A stretch of DNA of 64,000 nt from Lama glama (taxonomy: Eukaryota). The notes below the pieces were generated by a model. It saw only the letters and a list, made by a program, of their open reading frames with translations. It was not told the origin of the DNA and did no database searches. Shown here piece after piece: positions 1 through 14,200 of this stretch. The DNA lies in contig CM052832.1 in the NCBI GenBank assembly GCA_028534125.1, positions 23,376,001 through 23,440,000 of the forward strand, read 5' to 3'. The first letter of the stretch is position 1. Each line of letters starts with the position of its first letter. A program made the translations under genes and the position numbers.

Positions 1-304
1 GTCTTAATCTATATATTCAGAACAGATTTTTAAATAGATTTAGCTGGTAGCCTGTATCATTTGGGGTGCTCTTCAGTGGTAACTGACCGTTACCTGGAAT
101 AAATTATAAAGAAATCAGTAGAGTGAGCTCACAAAACCAAGTTCATCAAGGTCAGCAAGGTTCTTACTGACTTGAAAGGGGATACACCATGATGCCTGTG
201 ACCTAAGACTTTCTAAAGAGGGCTTGGAGGTTGTGGAGGGTTGAGCTGGCGTGGGTGGAAGTTCATGGGGAGTGTGCCTTCATCACTGCAATGCACAGTA
301 TATT

Positions 305-2166
305 TGAAAAACAAGTCTAGTTTTTATTAAGCAGTTTTACACAGTTTTCACAGTCTGCAGTTAAAACATATTCACTGCCACTCAATTACAGAATCTTCAG
401 ACAGCAGTGAAAAACTCAAAAGAAACTCAAGGAAAAAAAAAAGTACCATGGTTCCTTAAAGAACAAAATGTTAGGTGATGTCACTTGAGACAGGGAATGA
501 GGATTTTAAATACACATTTACCATACTTTATTTAGTAGGTTCTCCCCTTGTTTGCTTATAGCACAGTACAAGTTTAAGTGCTCAGAGACTAAAGTAATAA
601 CTTACTGTGAACCATTTCAACTTAGAATATTTTGCATTTATCACCTGACACATGCTATTTAAACATTTTAATACATAACACTTTAAAGCAGAATACGTCC
701 CAATCAGTATCAGTGAGTCTCATCAAATGACCTAAATATCAACATTTTCCTATGTTAACTTTGAAACCATTATACTGCAGGTTGCTTTCTTTTGATTATT
801 ATACTTTGGTGGGGAGGGAGGTGTGTCTAAGCTCTGTCTAAAGTTCCCCATGTTTCTTTGCATAAAGTACTATTTCTACTTATAACTTATTTTAAATTTT
901 AAAAATACCTAATATTTTGGAAAATGGTTTTAAAGTCATTTTGAGTCCCTTTAAGCTGACCAATATATTGAAAGAATTGTTCAGACTTTTTAAAACAAAA
1001 GCACATAAATTATCCGTATTTCTAACCTGTAAACTGAAGTTTCTTGGCAAGATGAGTATCCTGAAGACCCTGACATCAGTGTTTATTTTAAATGAATTTT
1101 TTTGTCATGAGTGAAAAAAGGAAAAAGTATTTGCCATGTTCTCAGGCTTTCAAGATATGGCTTATTAAATGTGTAACATTTGCCAGGCTTTTTCTGGAGT
1201 TTTCCAGTGGACCTACATGTGGAATACTGAAAACATAATTCTATAAAAAATATTCCTAGAGACTGAATCAGTCATTTTAAAAAGACGCAGTGGGGAGAGG
1301 CTTTTATTAAATTATTCTGACAAGATCTTTTTGCTAGTGGTTGCCAAAATTAAGGCTATTTAAAGTGTGCCATCCGCCCAAACGTGGCTCTTAAAAACAG
1401 CCGTATTCTATGTCTCATCTATGTCTCAAGTATAAAGACCACACTATCTCTACCCCATTCTCAATGATAAATAACCTGTACTGTTGAAGGGACAGAATTT
1501 TGCTGTTTTGCCAATGAGGGCACAAGTCTAAAATGTTTTATTACAAGATACCTGAATTTCTTTTGAACACCCAATGGGAAGAAATATGTACAATATAAAA
1601 TAGTCTAGAAGTTTCATTTACCTTTGAAGAGTTTGCTTTATCCAAAAAAGGAAAGATTTCTATCTAAATTTTAAGTAAAAGCTCAATATTGGAGCTATAT
1701 AAAAATCTTAAGGCTCATTGGCAAAGACAGTGACGAGCTGTCATAGAAAAAAGTACATGGCTTTATCTGTGTAATGATTCCTGCTTGAGTGACTTGGTTT
1801 CTTAATGTGTGAAAATTGGTCAGCCAAAAAAAATTTGTCAGATTTCAAGGGAGTCTCCAACCATGGAAGAATCATATCCAAGGTCTTAATTTAAGGTTAT
1901 ATTCTGCCTTATTTTGAAATCTAGAAGATTTAACACTAGTCAGGCCTGTGGGAAATGCAGTTAAATATAAGTGCTTAGGAAAGGAGTCTTGGGCCTAGTG
2001 CCTTCAGAGTGATGAAATGGGTTTATGTTACCACACCACCTTAGAAACATTTCAATTTTGCTACCCAGAGAAGATTCTGTTTGATTTTATGAAAGTGAGG
2101 TTTAACGAGTTTTTCAGGCTTTCTCAGTTGGGGTACAAAAGAAAGCTGGGTCCAGACAAACTCTAT
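305..2166 (-). other. KDM1B: KDM1B 3' UTR (distal end approximate)
   Basis: AT-rich sequence with no repeat I recognise, downstream of the stop; candidate distal AATAAA at 328-323 followed by a U-rich tract. Confidence 0.6.
323..328 (-). terminator. Candidate KDM1B polyadenylation signal AATAAA
   Basis: tttatt on the plus strand; other minus-strand AATAAA hexamers exist further up the UTR, so usage is inferred. Confidence 0.55.
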
Positions 2167-2250
2167 TTAAAATGCTGCAATCTTGCTTGCTTCTCGAACG
2201 CCACTCAAATATGCCCCTGTAACGGTTTGTGGAAAATGCCTGTTTGTTGC
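2167..2250 (-). CDS. KDM1B: KDM1B last coding exon ([27 protein letters not shown])
   Basis: poly-T...aacag acceptor, TAA stop at 2169-2167. Confidence 0.96.
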   Translation of the reverse strand, partial: ATNRHFPQTVTGAYLSGVREASKIAAF

Positions 2251-5200
2251 CTGTTAAAAAAAAAAAGAAGTGTAATATGAGATCATGTATAAAGAATTAA
2301 GCTGAAAATCAAAAGGTAATACAAGCTTATACTTTCTCTGATCCTTGTAAAATAAACACTGGCATCACTCCTGTGTGCTCATATTAACACTCTACTCACC
2401 CATCACAGCATGTGAACTTTTCTGGTTTATCACCATGTTTCACCAAATTTACTCTACAACATAGTCAGCACTCCTGTGAAGTGTGTGGCATTCATTAAGA
2501 TACTATCTCTGTACACCAGGTGCTGGAATTAAGAAGAATGAATAAGACACGGTCCCTTTCCACCAGACAATCTTAGTTGTTAAAATCCGTGATAAATGAA
2601 ACAAGCACAAAAAGTAAATCACAATTCATCCACAGCTGGAGTCTTGCTAGAAAGCATACTGAAGGTATAATGAAAGGGGTTGAGTTACTCCAAGAATAGA
2701 TCAGTTCAACAGGAAGGGAAAAGACCAAAGGTGGGTACTGTCAATGGGAGAACCTCACTTTCAAGGGGGCTGTAGTGGGAACAGAGTAAGCAAACTAGAA
2801 GCACAAGAAGGTTTTTGTTTGGGGTGTGGCTATGGGAAAGGGTAGCTGAAACGGAGGTGAGTAGGTCACAGAAATGGGAAGTTCTGTGAATTTCCACGTG
2901 AACCAATTTAGGTTCCATGTCACCTCAACGGATGGCTGGGATGTAACGGAAAATATCCAGGTACCAAAGACTTTAACAAACGGGGGACCGGTCAGGAGGC
3001 CAGCAGGAATACAACTATTCCTAGGGGGAGAGAATGGTAGAGCTACAGAAGCTTCAAAGAAATGGGTTCTCTAAGAAAATGTAACTATCAAAGCAGCAAA
3101 GGAAAGAAGAAAGCTGCTAAGCCCTGCTCGTGACACTACAGCACATGAGCCCAACAGGGCCGTCTGAAAGCAGTTGACCCTTGTTGCCTGGCATGCAGTC
3201 GTTATGCTCTGTTCCTACAAAGGTGGCTCTTCACGGGCTAAGGAAGACTCAACGATAGCTGGCTTTACAATGACATTCTTTTATAACCAAAAATCCTGAA
3301 AAGAAAAACAACACTAACTCTATGTCAGACGAATCTAGGAGACCTGACTATAATGTACAAATATGTAAGCAGATGAAACAGTGCTGAGCATTCACTCTGC
3401 TAAAGCGGCGGGAGGGAGGAAACAACAAAAGGAAGCCAATTCATCCCAAAGAATCCTTCAAAAACCTCAGCCATTGGAGGTTTTTGGGGCTTGGCAAGGG
3501 TGAATGAAAACTGAGGACTGGTTTAAAGACTGAAAAGCAATTTGGTCCCTCACCCAGTACCCCAGTCTCCCTGCTGCCACCCCCAGGAGTGTTGAGGCAC
3601 AGGGCAGGGGTGAGGTGCTGAAGGAAATGGGGGTTAAGTAAAGCACAACAAAGAGCCAGGCTTTGGGTTCCCAGGAAGCCAGGAGCCGAGTTCTCATCAC
3701 ACAAATGAGGAACCACAAGAGAGGAGCTGTAGCTCAGTCCCGATGTCTGGGGCCTCAGCCACCAGCTGACAACCTGCTGGAATTTTCAATTCGCTTTTTA
3801 CAAAGTGCCTCACTCAAATCTGAACAGTCAGGGGTTGGACATTCAGACATAGGGGAGGCAAAGGCTAATAAAGCAAAGGAAATAGGAACTCAAGATCCAT
3901 GTAAGGAACAAGTTAGGAAGCAAGAAGAAAATGCTACCAAAAAAGAATCATCTGAGAACAAGAAAGTGCTCACAAAGTAAAAGAACCAACATTTTAAAAC
4001 TCAATTCAAGGGTTGGAATATAAAAAAATCTCCCTACCCCTAAATTAGAATTTAAAACAGAGATGAAGAACAGCAAAGAAAGTAAGATAATCAATTCAAG
4101 TGTTCAACATATGAAATAGAAGATCAGGGAATATGAGAAAAAACTGTGGGAAGGAAACGAACAGAGCAAAAACACTGACGATGTAGGACAGGAGCTCCTT
4201 AAATTACCAGGAGACCAAAAAAAAAAAAGGGGCATAGAAAGGATTAGAAATCAGAACAGGCATATACAGAATAGATAAACAAGATTATGCTGTACAGCAC
4301 AGGGAAATAGACACAAGATCTTGTGGCAGCTCATGGTGAAAAAAAATGTGACAATGAATATATGTATGTTCTTGTATAACTGAAAAAGTGTGCTCTACAT
4401 TGGAATTTGACACATTATAAAATGACTATAACTCAATAAAAAAAAACTAAAAAGAAATCAGAACAGAAAAGCATTTCTCAACAGAAGTAAACCAGGCAAG
4501 AAGAAAAGCCAGCTTCACACACATCAGGATGGCCAATATCAAAAACTGCAAATAGTAAGTGTCGACGAGGATGTGGAGAAACCAGAACCCCTGTGCACGG
4601 CTGGCGGGAATGTTAAATGGTGCGGCTGCTGTGGAAAACTGCGTGGTGGTTCCCGAAAAATTAAAAATATAATTAATATATGATCCAGCAACTCCACTTC
4701 TGGGTATATACCCCAAGTAACTGAAAGCAGGTTCTCGAAGAGACATCTGTGCACCCATGTTCATAGCGGCATACTTCACAACAGCCAAAAACAGACAGAA
4801 GCAACTCAAATGTCCATGACAGATGAATGGAAAAACAAAATGAGATACATATGTATGATGGAGTGTTATTTAGTCTTAAAAAAGGCTATTCTGACACATG
4901 CCACAATACGGACGAAACCTGAGGGCATTATGCTAAGTGAAATTAGCCAGTCGCAAAAGGACAAATGCTGCATGATTCATTCTACTTATATGATAAGGTA
5001 CCTAGAACAAACTCATAAGGGACAGGAAGCTGAACGGTGGTTGCCAGGGGCTGGCGGGAGGGATAAATGAGGAGGTGGTGTTTAACAGGTACAGAGCTTC
5101 AGTTCTGCAGTATAAAGAAGTCCTGGAGATGGTTGGCAGCAGCGACTGTACAGCAACGTGTATGTATTTAACGCCACTTAACTGGACACTTAAAAATAGT

Positions 5201-8200
5201 TAAGGTGGAAAGGCCCATCCATCAGAGCAGACTGAGCAGGGGGAAGATGCCGGGGAAGGGGGTTTCAAGAAACAGAGCCTACAGGCCAGCCACAGGGATT
5301 CAAGTGTGAATTAGAGACGACCAAAGGGTGGGGAGGCTTCAGGGGAGGTGTGAAAAGAATTAAGCTAATGAAAAAAGGGGCCATTATGACTGAAAATAAA
5401 ATAGCTGTGTAAGAAAGGCATCGATGAAACATTCACTGTCGTGGCTTAACAGTAAAGAGCGGCATCAGATAAAACACTGACATCAGTTTAGTTAAAATTG
5501 TGAAAGAACCAGGGTGCAAAGAGACTAAACAGGCTAAATCTTTTAACCTGTTAGGAAATCCAGAGATAACGTCCAACTTCTTCAATCAGAAGCCAACAAA
5601 ATAAGTATCTTCACACATGAAGTCAACTCCAGAAGAAACAGCAGAAACAGTTAAAAATAGCTGCTCCGCAAATTTGAGGAGGACGTCGACAGGGCACCTG
5701 CTGTTTGTTGCCCAAAGACTTTTGACACTATTTGACTTTTTGCTTTTAAACTCTGGACATCCATCATTTTCATTAAAAGGAAATGATCAAAGTAAAAGGA
5801 ATCGGGGCCGGGACCACGACACACACCTCGCCAGCAAAAAAGACGGTTCCTTGTATTTCTTCAGCTATGATGTCGTAGGCCTCGCCACTACCCCCAGTCT
5901 TCACGAAACTGTACGCCATCTGGATCCAGGGGTCTGTACTCCACCGGGTGACAAAATACTTGGTGGGATCTGGGACTTCCTGCGTCCAGGAGAAGGAAGC
6001 ATAAGGCAAGATCAAGAAGGGACTGAGACTTGATGCAGCCCAACATATAAAATTCAGTGAATTGTCACAGCATTCTGAGACAGCGATTCTCAGTGTCCTT
6101 CCTGCCGCCTCGCTACCCGACCCAGGCCCCGAATCTGTGCATCTCCCTCATCTCTGTGACCTTCCCCCAACACACACATACTCCTCCACATCTTATCCTC
6201 TGCCAGGCATACGTGCCCCCGCCTAGCAGGGGCCGTCACCAATGGCTGAGTTCAAGGTGCGCCCCTTCCCATCTGCTGGAACGTGCTGGGGCCCACGGAA
6301 GGGCAATTTCAGGATCTCTAACTGGAATCCTCAACAGGCCGCTCTACAAAACAGCTGTATAGGTTATGTTTCACCCTATGTTTCAAATAATTTTGAAGGC
6401 CTGGCCTCTGACAAGTGCCACCGTGAAATACATTTCTATGCAAACTGTATGCCAAGTTCCAAGTAACAAATCTGAAAACAAATTTTTGGATAGAAGCCCC
6501 AGGCTAGGAACGACTGTGAGATCTGATCACGTCACGTAAAATACACAGTACCCCGGAGGGCCCCCTGCTCTCCAGTGTACGTAACATTTGAGTCATTTCT
6601 CTTCTTTCTTCTTCTGCTCCTTTATTTGAAAAAGATACACATCATGTCGTTTCTAAATCTCCAGAGATTGTGAGATTATAGTCAATTGGCAGATAGAAAG
6701 TACCTTGAGCTTCTTGGAGAAAAGGGAGAAAAGAGACTAGCTGTGAGGCTGGAGTACAAGAAAATTCTGGACATTGTCCCTTTAAATGGAAAGCTGTCAT
6801 CAGAGCTTGCTCGGGTTTGGGTAAATGCAGAATCCGGAAAATACTGAGCCTTTTTACCTTTTCTCAGGAAAGAAAAGGGGTGTGCATGATGTCAGAAAAA
6901 AAGGAGACAACAGCTTAAAAGGAGGGATGGGGTACTGTTACGTATACCCCCCAATTCAGACGATGAACCCCTAACCCTCAGTACCTCAGACTGTGACTGT
7001 ATCTGAGACAGGGCCTTTGACGAGGTACTTAAGTCCAAATGGGGTCATTAGGGTGGGCCTTAATCCAGCATGACAGGCGTCCTTCTAAGAAGAGGAGATT
7101 AGCACACGGACAACACAGAGCCGCGACCATGTGAGGACACAGGGAGAGGGCAGCCATCTGTGACACCTCAATCTTGGACTTCCAGCCTCCAGGACTGCGA
7201 GAAAATATGCTTCTGGTGTTTAAACCACCCAGCTGGTGGCATTTTTGTTACGGCAGCCCGGAAAAAACAAATCCAAGCGCTTAAGTGGAAAGTTGGATAC
7301 TGAAACAAAACAAGGGTGTGGCCCCCTGCCCCTGTCTTGAGTCCCTCTGTCCTCCATGACAGTTGGTTCTGGGTTGGAAGAGCACAAGACGTTAACAGCA
7401 AGCATGGCTTTCTCTTTTCTGAGAGGGTGTGTCTGACCTGCTCCTTGAAGAGCTCGCGCAGGGTCGCCATGCACTGCTGCAGCACCTGCTTGTCCTCCAG
7501 GCTCCTGACGGCCGCCACCGCCTCCCCCGCGACCACCGACATCAGCACGCTGTGCTGCTTCTGGGCGAGGGACACAGGACACGGGGCGGGGAGAAGCACT
7601 TTACACTCCTGGCTTTGGGCACAGGAGTCTCCAGACGCACATTCCAAACAGACAAGGACCTCATGCTCGCACATCAAATGTCGTCACTTCCTACTGTCCC
7701 ACAGCCTCCTTTCCATCACCCAGTCCCATTTCCCTCACACACACTCATCCATTATTCTTCTGTGTGTTTTACTGTTCCCTGCTGGAAAAACTCCAGAAGT
7801 CGCGCAAATATCAAATTCCAGGTACTCTTGGTTCTTCCCTTCTAAGAACTTGTTTTAGAAGAAGGAGAATGAGATTGGGAAGGGAAGTCTGCAGATAAAG
7901 TAAAGGGAGAAAAGCTTCTTGCATGGTAAAGGCATGGTTGCCCTTGGCTCCCATGTGAAACCATTTAAGACAGTGTCTTGGAACAGAGACAGGTGGAAAG
8001 ACAATGGTGGTTCTTTGGTAGGACATCGACACAACCATCACTTTCAAGCCCCAGGCATGTCCTCTCCTCGTCTACCTTCCCCAACCAATCACATCTGTTG
8101 ATTCTACGACCCACCCTCACTTGGGCCAATCATATCCCACCCCTCGCCCAACAGGCTCACTGGAGGACCCTCTGGGAGAACGTTTTAAGTACCACTCATT

Positions 8201-11200
8201 ATTGTCCTGTCTCCAACTTTCCCTAAGAGGAATTCCTCCATCAGCCTGAAATAAGACATTTCCACTGCAACGAATTCATTTCCCAGGGAGCAACATTAAT
8301 ACTTCAAGCAAAGTATGGCAGATACTTTCCTATAGAAGAATGCTCCAGTCCAAGGGTCCCCCCAGAATACAAACATACAATATAAACATTGTCCACAATG
8401 TCCCCATTAGTTCCTGGGCTCCACCCATGAGTAATTGCCAAACCAAATTCTAAACCACAGTAAAGGAATTCAAACCACACCTCACCAACGGTTTTACCTG
8501 GGGATCCATGTCATAGAACACAGCAAAAAGCCCTCGCTTGCTGGCACTGGGAGGAACGTGACCAAAAAAGTCAGCCCCTTGAACTTTACTGTCCCAAAAT
8601 CTATAAGGAAATTGCAAGGCAATCTGGAAAGGGAGCAAGAGAAAGATGGTTAAGAGTTTCTTGAAAGTACAGCAGACTCTAAGACGCAACCTACAGCTCT
8701 TCAAATGCTTCAATTAAAAAAAAATGATGTTCAAAAAAAAACAAACATTTCTAAATATTCCCTTTCCATTCTCCTACCTCCTCTGGTCTCTCTGTGAGCA
8801 TTTGGTTTTTCATGCCCTTCAACCCTGTACTCCCACGGATAATGGTGGGACCCACTGATAACCTCTAGGCTAATCTGAAGATGCAAAGCATTCCTGAGAC
8901 TTGGTCCTGAAGCTTACGTCCATGAGATAAATTCTTACTACTCATAGGTCTGCCGGTATCTGCTGTAACACTGGCAGCTTCTGCTAAGGGAGCCTTTCTA
9001 GGCAGAGGAGGTAAAACACTCTCCTCATTGGGGCCAATTAGTGGAGGGCAGACATGGAAAGCAGGAAAAAAATAAAATAAGACTTGCTTATTTACATACT
9101 CAGTTCAAATTCTGAATAACAAGATTCTGTCTCCTAAAATCAAAACTCACAGACCTCAGCCAGCTCGCCTTTTTGTTTTGGTAATATCCTTTTATATTCT
9201 TCATGAATAATTACCCAAATGAAAAGGACATCTTCGAATGTGATGTGGATTCAAACATTCCCCTCTACTTCCCAGTATCAGAAGTTTAGGAACTCCCGTC
9301 GTCTGATACTCATCTTTCCAGTTCTGAGGCTGCAGGAATTCAGTTACCTTTTCAATGATGCCTGCACCTAAGCTGTTGATCGCCTTCATCTTCTTGTCTG
9401 ACAACGGTGGATTAAACTGAATGGCTCCTTTCTGCAGTAAGGCCAGTGGTACAGTGACTAATACCTGTGGGAAGGAATGAACAGTTAATACACAAACAGC
9501 AACTCGACCTAACTCTCAGTGTGTTCATTTCCAGGAAAATCTCAACACCTAAAGGACCCTCCTTTCTACTGCCAGTCATGAGATGATAGCATCCTATGTT
9601 GTTATACCTGTTAGAACAAGGGCTGCCATGTACAACTGTGCAGGTTGTTCACTGCACAAGGGTGACTGGCTGAGCGGAAGCAACACTCACATGGAGGAAT
9701 CTGCATTAAAGTTTTGATGGTTAATAATAACTCTGGGTAAGAAGCGTCAGCAGATCTCGATCCTGAAAAGCAGTGTTATAAGAGGAAAGAGCCCTAAATA
9801 TGGAGTCAGGAGAACTAGATTTTCATTCCTGACACTTTCTAATGTGTGGCCAAGGTAATACCTGCCCTACTAACCTTAAAGGATTGGGGAAATTCTTAGA
9901 ACTGAAACTCTTACAATATACATCCGTATGCTTCATAAATGGTAAAGCACATCACAAACATTAGGGATTATTATAATCAGGTAAAGCCACACAACTTTTC
10001 TCTTTAAGGAGGAAGCAATTTATTGCAGGTTTTCAACTGGCTTACAGAATCATTTAGACCCTTCAAGAACAGCTCACAAAACCAGGCCATCAAAGAGAGC
10101 CGCTGTCTCTCCATACAATCAGGAAATTTCTGGCCCTGGAACTGGGTTACCACTGCCGCAATCAGGAGCCATTACTATTGCTACCCGCTCCAGAAACATG
10201 CCACTTACAGGACAAGCTGCACCAGCAAAAGGGATGCCTCGTGCCCCGCCTCTTGACTCCCTTGTAGTAAATGAGTGGACCTTGGGACCTCTAGTGTCCC
10301 TCCTGTGGAAGGACCCAACACCTACCATTTTGCTTGGCAGCAGAGATAGAAGTGAAGCAAAAGCCGTACTACACCTTCCAAATCTCATGCAAGTTCATCT
10401 GACTGGCTGGATCTAATTCGTATTTAGACCCTCAGCTGCAAGGGAGTCTGGGAAGTATATGCGTGTGTGTGTGTGTGTGCACGCACGCGTGCGTGTGCAT
10501 ATGTTTCCAGATGTTTCCATCATCTACAGCGCAGGACAACACGGTTGGATGAGAGTGATCTAAACACCAAGGACCATATCTACCGCTGCCCTCATCAGAG
10601 AGTTAGTATGTTTGGCTTGAACCCCAAATCCAGGAACACAGGCAGTTCAGAGCTCTGTCCTGTAATTTTCTGCCATGTGAAAATTTTATAAAGTACAAAG
10701 CACGCTCTCTCTCCTCAGTGCAGTTATGGATAAAAACCATGCAACCAAAAAAAGGAACAATTACCCTCCTGGGTATATAAGAACTGCAGGGAAATAAGAT
10801 CTAGATGTTTTCTTAATGACCAAAAAACGGCAAAAGATATAAACAAACCCTGGTAAGGAACTAACGCTAGGTCTCAGTGGTAGCAGCCTAGATTGAATTA
10901 TAGTTTGTCAAGTGTTTATCTGTATATCCTGTTAGGTTGGAAATCTTCCACTTACAGGCTGGGTAAACTTCCAATTGAAACCGTGTGATGTGTACTGACT
11001 ACTAAAAATAAAAACATTTGCTTTAATCATTTCAGAGCAGGCTTTGAATCACAGCCTGAAATCATGCTCTAATTTCTCTAAAGAGCCAGAACACAAGGAA
11101 AGAAGGGCAAATGAGCCTGGACAGGGTCAGGCAGAGGGTGACCCAGCAGGATGAGCACACTGAGCGTGTTGCCCTAGGTGCAAAGAGGCTGAGCCGTCAG

Positions 11201-14200
11201 CTGACTTGCAATTTTATAAGGTGGTATTTAAAAAAAAAATCTTTTTTTACCACTAGTTAGGTATTAGCCTGATTTTCACCTGGGGACCCACAGATAAGGA
11301 CACTGCTGTCCAGTGGTTCTCCACTCTGGTCACATGTTGGAATCACTTGGGAAGCTTTAAAAAATGAGTAGATCAATGCAACCAGAACCTCTATGGGGTG
11401 GGGCTTTGCAAACTTTCTTTTTAAGCACCTCCCAGGTAATTCTAAGGTGCAGCCAGGACTGAGGACCACTGCCAGTCCAGAGTCTATTCAACCAATAACT
11501 AACTATCCAGCTAGTTAGTGGCAAGAATAATGCGGGGGCCCATCCGCCTGGACTCATACACTCTACCCTGCCTTTCCCATCTGACATGCAATCCTTCATT
11601 TCTGTATGAATATCGAGGACTGGGAAATATTTTTAGTTAACTGAAAAGCATAAAACATAGCTAGCCTAGCGACTAGTGATGGCTCATCAATTACACTTTC
11701 AGGTAATCACTTCAGATACAGCTAAATTTAAATAAACCCATGAAGTTTACTAACCCCTCTTCACCCCAACACTTTGTTTTCCAACACTACAGAAATCTCA
11801 GTGTGATTTCATATATTACATCGTAACACCTTTCACTGTCTGCCTACTAAAGCTGTTTACAAAAAATTCAAATGATATAAAAGTACTTCTGCTGGTCTCT
11901 AGATAAAAACACAAGAGTGTTCTTGCTTTGGAAAAAGGTTCTATGCCTCAAAAACAAAACCACCACCAACTTGGAAACCGCCGAATTAAACAAAGTAAAA
12001 CAGGTTTTTTAAATACAGGACTTCTCAGAGCCTTTAAGACGCTCTTATTTAACCCTAAATGTAGACAGTAGTATATGATACTTCATAAACTTATTTGGCC
12101 AAAGAATTTCTTTTCTTGTTCAACTCTCAGAACTAATGTACCCAAGAAACCACTCTGGGAAACGCTACTCAGAATTCCATCTGCCATGAACCTATACAGT
12201 GATCAAAAAACTAGAAGAGATTCGCACATCCACATACAACCAAGTGCAGATACGGAGCTCTCCAGCGGTCAAACGAGGCTCCAGGCAGACGGCCAGAGGT
12301 AAACTGCTTGGTGGGAAAAACAGGTCTCCCTTACTCCCCAGCCCCTGGCAGACCGAGGGGAACCCCAGCGCTTACCTTCTGCGTGGTCCACCCCGACCCA
12401 TCAGTAGTGGTAACCTGCACTTCATCTCCAGAATAATCGATACTCTGGACCTGCTCAAGAAAAGCCATTATGAAAAACACGATGAGGGATGGAACCATGT
12501 GATCCAGGAGCCTTTCCAGCTCTCTTGTTACATGAGTTTACTTTCCAAGGCTACAGGGAACTCAACAACAGTTACCACTTCAGAGAACTAAGTAAGTTAT
12601 CGCTTACTTCAGGGAACTTTAGTGCAGCCACTAAAACATATAAACACGATGTCAGAAAATGAAAAAAATCCTTACAACACCGTGTAAAGTGAAATAGATA
12701 CTTATATATAACTGCCTCTATGATTATGACAATGTACAATACAATTGCATAGGAACGAAGAATTTGAAAGGGAAATTTATGAGTATTTGTAAGTGCCCTG
12801 GGACAGGGAGGTGGTGAGCAACTTGAACGCTTGATTATAAAAGTGCATCTCAGCCACTATTGTTTCCGAACAGCAGTGGCAGCCTAACTGGGAAGGATAA
12901 CGCTACTGATCACAGTATCAAAAGCACTTGGAGTCACTGGCTGACTGTCAAGGCAGGGACCCGTCTCCTGTGTCATCCACAAGTCCCGAACTTCACATCC
13001 CCCAAACGCCAGGCCCAGCCAGAGCCTCCAGCCGCTGTCCATACTCACTGGAGATCTGAGCCGAATGTCTAGTCCCTCCGCCAGTTTTTCTATGATGACG
13101 GAGTACCCAGGAGTTAGGAGGGTGTGGTCACCAGCAAACTGGGCAAAGAATTCATTGTGGTCCCAGGAACAAGCAGACACCTGGGAAATATCAGGAGAGG
13201 TTGGGAAACAGAGGTGGTGTAAAGCCTTGAGCCTGTGCCTGGCAGACCAAAAAGGAGCCCAGGGTGGGGAAAAGCCACCCCAGGCCAGAGGGCAGAGGGC
13301 AAAACCTGAAGGAGGTTGGGGCCGAACAGATAAACCCAGGTGGTACTTCTGGCCGGGGAAGGAAATCTCTGGGTAACGCACAGGAAAGCTTATTTTAGAA
13401 CAGAAGGTAGGTAAGACTTGGGCAAGGGACCCACTGCCTGATTAAAATGAGAGGTGTATTATATACATCAACAGCCCCGCAAAAGAATTCTAGGAGAGGA
13501 AAAGCGCATTCGATCAACCCCGCATGCAAACACGCAGCCTAGGTGTCTTCAACGTGAAACTCCACAGAGGCTGAAATGCAGCATGATTTGGGGAAAATGT
13601 TATTTCAATCTTAAAGAATCATCAAATGGAAACATCAAGTGTCACAAGCAGGATAATTAAGCCAGGACTCATCGTGGAACCTCTATTCAAAGTACCAAGA
13701 TCACAGCTGGTGATACGAATCAAGTGTAAATTTACTTTAGCAAGAGGGACAGATCGTAATTGCAGAGGATACTCTATTCTGGTTTCAGAACTTCAGAACC
13801 ACTGTGGGGTTCACATAATCTAAAGTCATGGTTCTTGAACTGTTAAGCAGCAGAACCACTGATCTCTGTTGATCCAGACCAAGCCAAGCTCACTATTTTG
13901 ACATCTAAAACACAGACACACGCAGAAACACATTTTTGAAGCACGCGTTTCACAAAACCCAATCCCACCTGGTGGAGGCTGCTGCCACAGGCATATTCCA
14001 GGTTACTGAGATGGAACTGAAGGACCTGCTCTTCCAGCTCACTGAACTGGATACCAGATTCCTTAATAAAAGCTTTGTAGATCTCTTCTATCTTTTCTGT
14101 AATGGGAGTGGAGCAAAGCAGGAGAAAACAGCTTTAGTATCATTCTCGAAATTATTTATTTATTTGTTTGTTTTTTGCGTTCCACCTCCTTCAACCCACA

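Noticed and set aside
5617..7858. Plus-strand ORFs of 138-180 aa opposite KDM1B exons, also 12199-12591 and 22052-22489
   Set aside because: Antisense shadows of GC-rich coding exons, with no independent splice or promoter support.
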